NCBI GenBank assembly: GCA_947506155.1
Contig: CANNNV010000001.1
Coordinates: forward strand, 1 to 50,441
Source of the DNA: Methylococcaceae bacterium
GTDB lineage: Bacteria > Pseudomonadota > Gammaproteobacteria > Methylococcales > Methylomonadaceae
Reading direction: 5' to 3'
DNA: 50,441 nt
Under the pieces are notes generated by a model. It was not told the DNA's origin, ran no database searches, and worked only from the letters and a program-made list of their open reading frames with translations. Position 1 is the stretch's first letter. Each line of letters begins with the position of its first letter. Made by a program: the position numbers and the translations under genes. Shown in pieces: positions 48,306-50,441 of this stretch.

Positions 48306-49562
48306 ATGAATCTGACTGAGTTAAAACTAAAACAAATAAGTGAAGTTATTGAAATCGCCGAGTCTCTTGGGCTTGAAAATGTAGCTAGATCACGAAAGCA
48401 GGACTTGATTTTCGCGATCCTGAAAAAGCAGGCAAAAGCCGGTGATGATATATCAGGCGATGGAGTCCTGGAAATTTTACAGGATGGTTTTGGTTTTTTA
48501 CGAACGCCGGGATGCTCTTATTTAGCAGGACCTGACGATATTTATGTTTCACCCAGTCAAATCAGACGATTTTCTTTAAAGACCGGCGACACGATTAGTG
48601 GAAAGATTAGACCTCCCAAAGATAACGAACGTTATTTCGCAATGCTCAAGGTTGATCAGATCAATTTTGAACCCCCAGAAAACACCAAGAATAAAATCAC
48701 CTTTTCTAACCTGACGCCCCTATTCGCCAAGCAACGATTTGTTCTTGAACAGGGCAATGGTACTAGCGAAGATTTAACCGGGCGGATGATCGATTTAATA
48801 GCTCCGATTGGAAAAGGCCAGCGTGGTTTGATTGTATCCCCGCCTAAAGCCGGAAAAACCATGATTTTACAAAGTCTGGCTCAGGCAATTGCAGAACAGA
48901 ATCCCGAATGTTACCTGATTGTTTTACTAATTGATGAGCGCCCTGAAGAAGTCACAGAAATGGAGCGTTGCGTACGCGGTGAAGTCATTTCCAGTACCTT
49001 TGATGAGCCTGCGACACGGCATGTACAGGTTGCAGAAATGGTTATCGAAAAAGCACGTCGTTTGGTTGAACATAAACACGATGTAGTCATTTTGTTAGAC
49101 TCGATTACCCGTCTGGCCAGAGCGTATAACACCGTGGTACCTTCATCGGGCAAGATATTAACCGGTGGTATTGATGCCAATGCGCTGGAAAAACCCAAAC
49201 GTTTCTTTGGTGCGGCGAGGAATATTGAAGAAGGAGGTAGTTTGACCATTATAGCGACTGCACTGGTTGATACTGGTTCAAGAATGGATGAAGTGATTTA
49301 CGAGGAATTCAAAGGTACAGGCAACATGGAGTTGCATCTGGATCGCAAAATCGCCGAGAAAAGAATTTACCCTGCGATCAACATCAATCGTTCCGGCACA
49401 CGTCGTGAAGAATATTTGGTTGATCCTGATACCTTGCAAAAAACCTGGATTTTACGCAAGATACTGCAACCCATGGATGAAACTGCGGCTTCAGAATTTC
49501 TGATTGGTAAGCTGAAAGATTTCAAAACTAATGCAGAATTTTTTGAATCGATGAAGCGCTAG
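48306..49562 (+). CDS. rho: Transcription termination factor Rho
   Basis: 'MNLTELK', 'DGFGFLR', '[12 protein letters not shown]', 'PPKAGKT', '[13 protein letters not shown]', '[10 protein letters not shown]'. Confidence 0.98.
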   Translation: MNLTELKLKQISEVIEIAESLGLENVARSRKQDLIFAILKKQAKAGDDISGDGVLEILQDGFGFLRTPGCSYLAGPDDIYVSPSQIRRFSLKTGDTISGKIRPPKDNERYFAMLKVDQINFEPPENTKNKITFSNLTPLFAKQRFVLEQGNGTSEDLTGRMIDLIAPIGKGQRGLIVSPPKAGKTMILQSLAQAIAEQNPECYLIVLLIDERPEEVTEMERCVRGEVISSTFDEPATRHVQVAEMVIEKARRLVEHKHDVVILLDSITRLARAYNTVVPSSGKILTGGIDANALEKPKRFFGAARNIEEGGSLTIIATALVDTGSRMDEVIYEEFKGTGNMELHLDRKIAEKRIYPAININRSGTRREEYLVDPDTLQKTWILRKILQPMDETAASEFLIGKLKDFKTNAEFFESMKR

Positions 49563-49641
49563 TTTTAGCCGAGTAGTGCGATTTCGCGATAGCAAACGGC
49601 CACTTAGGAATGAACCCGAAATAACTTGAGTATCACTCCAA

Positions 49642-49661
49642 CCCTCTCCAGCAGGAGAGGG
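49642..49661. terminator. Hairpin between convergent rho and yggX (REP-like / bidirectional terminator)
   Basis: CCCTCTCC-AGCA-GGAGAGGG perfect 8-bp stem. Confidence 0.55.
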
Positions 49662-49678
49662 AACTCGTCAATCCTTGA

Positions 49679-49951
49679 TTAGTCCTTCGGCGGCACATAG
49701 CCTTCCGGCATGTCATTATTACCTTCAAACAGAAACTTGGTTCTTTCTTCGGCTAGAAATTCCCGGGCTTTCGCATCAAAACTGGCCAATTTACCTTCGT
49801 TAACCAGCATGGTTTGCTTAGTTAACCAATCCTTCCAGGCCTGTTTGGATATTTTCTCAAATATTTCCTGACCTTTGGGGCCGGGAAAGGGCTGCGTATC
49901 CAAACCTTCGGCTTCTATTCCCAATTTTACGCATTTAACCAGTCTAGTCAT
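49679..49951 (-). CDS. yggX: Oxidative damage protection / Fe(II)-trafficking protein YggX
   Basis: 'MTRLVKCVKLGIEAEGL', 'ISKQAWKDW...QTMLVNE', 'PEGYVPP'; follows mutY. Confidence 0.93.
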   Translation of the reverse strand: MTRLVKCVKLGIEAEGLDTQPFPGPKGQEIFEKISKQAWKDWLTKQTMLVNEGKLASFDAKAREFLAEERTKFLFEGNNDMPEGYVPPKD

Positions 49952-50298
49952 TTTATTCTCGCTTGTGATTGTTGCAACAGCAGCTTAATCGGCGCAGCTA
50001 AGCCTAGCTTGTTAACTTGATTAGCTTTATACCAGACAGTTTGATTGGCTTCCATCACAAAATTACTAAGGTTATTCGTTGTTATAAGCTGCGGAGTGTA
50101 ATCCAGGTGATAATGGGAAAAAGTGTGGCGCTGAGTTTTCAGTATCTGCTGATCGGCAATAGGAATGTTTTTGATCAAACACCAGTCTTGCACAGCTTCG
50201 ATACTGTCAAATTCCGGTAGACTCCATAAGCCACCCCAGATCCCGGTTGGCGGTCTTTTTTCCAGCAATATTTGATTGTCGGTATTTCTTAATAATAA
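49948..50298 (-). pseudogene. mutY: 3' fragment (NUDIX-like domain) of A/G-specific adenine glycosylase, interrupted by an IS
   Basis: 'LLEKRPPTGIWGGLWSLPEF', 'HTFSHYHL', 'GLAAPIK.LL', directly upstream of yggX. Homology stops at 50298. Confidence 0.85.
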
Positions 50299-50441
50299 CT
50301 CACGGTTCGCTAATTTCAAACTCAGTTCATGAAATTATGGCAAACTACTCCAATTTGCCATGAACACAGCACCTACCATAACAAGAATTGAACGGTCGGA
50401 CGATGTACCCCTGTTATTAGCACAAATGGAAAAAATGGAGG
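50299..50441 (+). mobile_element. Left end of an IS1634-like insertion sequence; transposase ORF from 50360 runs off the window
   Basis: ATG 50360 reads MNTAPTITRIERSDDVPLLLAQMEKME, resembling the 'ERVDDIPLLLAQM' N-terminus of IS1634/DUF4277 transposases; putative IR starts CTCACGGTTCGC at the mutY breakpoint. Confidence 0.7.

Noticed and set aside
1053-49249. Numerous 60-150 aa antisense or out-of-frame ORFs in the ORF track
   Set aside because: They lie within well-supported genes and show no motifs; treated as shadow ORFs.
50299-50319. Predicted start 'MKLANRE' for the 123-aa minus-strand ORF
   Set aside because: These codons come from the IS end; the ORF is a mutY fragment, not an independent gene.

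Overview
A 50.4 kb bacterial chromosomal segment of moderately low GC. Gene content and protein style suggest a gammaproteobacterium, probably a Methylococcaceae methanotroph (inference). The left arm carries housekeeping and signalling genes: Uma2 nuclease, bioA, rsmE, CPBP protease, yajQ, a MASE1-CHASE-PAS hybrid kinase with a REC-GGDEF partner, Pat-type acetyltransferase, lnt, M23 peptidase, uvrB and a MoxY/MxcQ-like two-component pair. The middle (~19.6-39.8 kb) is a co-oriented O-antigen/surface polysaccharide locus: RfbH, split transketolase, epimerases, wzx, glycosyltransferases, qnlA-fnlA-qnlB-like genes, wbpV-like and wbpL-like genes. Toxin-antitoxin and defence-type genes are interleaved with it. 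The most striking feature is an in-frame fusion of a PemK/MazF-like toxin domain to the N-terminus of the dideoxysugar enzyme RfbH, with an antitoxin-like gene overlapping upstream. The locus also holds a Schlafen(AlbA_2)-HATPase-HTH gene, an Rpn PD-(D/E)XK nuclease and an MNT-HEPN pair. Two short protein-less IS200/IS605 derivatives (33175-33543 and 41107-41330) keep both ends and a TnpB omegaRNA-like scaffold. The right arm has a 2-hydroxyacid dehydrogenase, aminotransferase, HupE/UreJ, acyltransferase, ASCH protein, yrfG, rhlB, trxA, rho, yggX and a mutY 3' fragment cut by an IS1634-like element at the window edge. All family calls come from motif recognition by eye; no searches were run.
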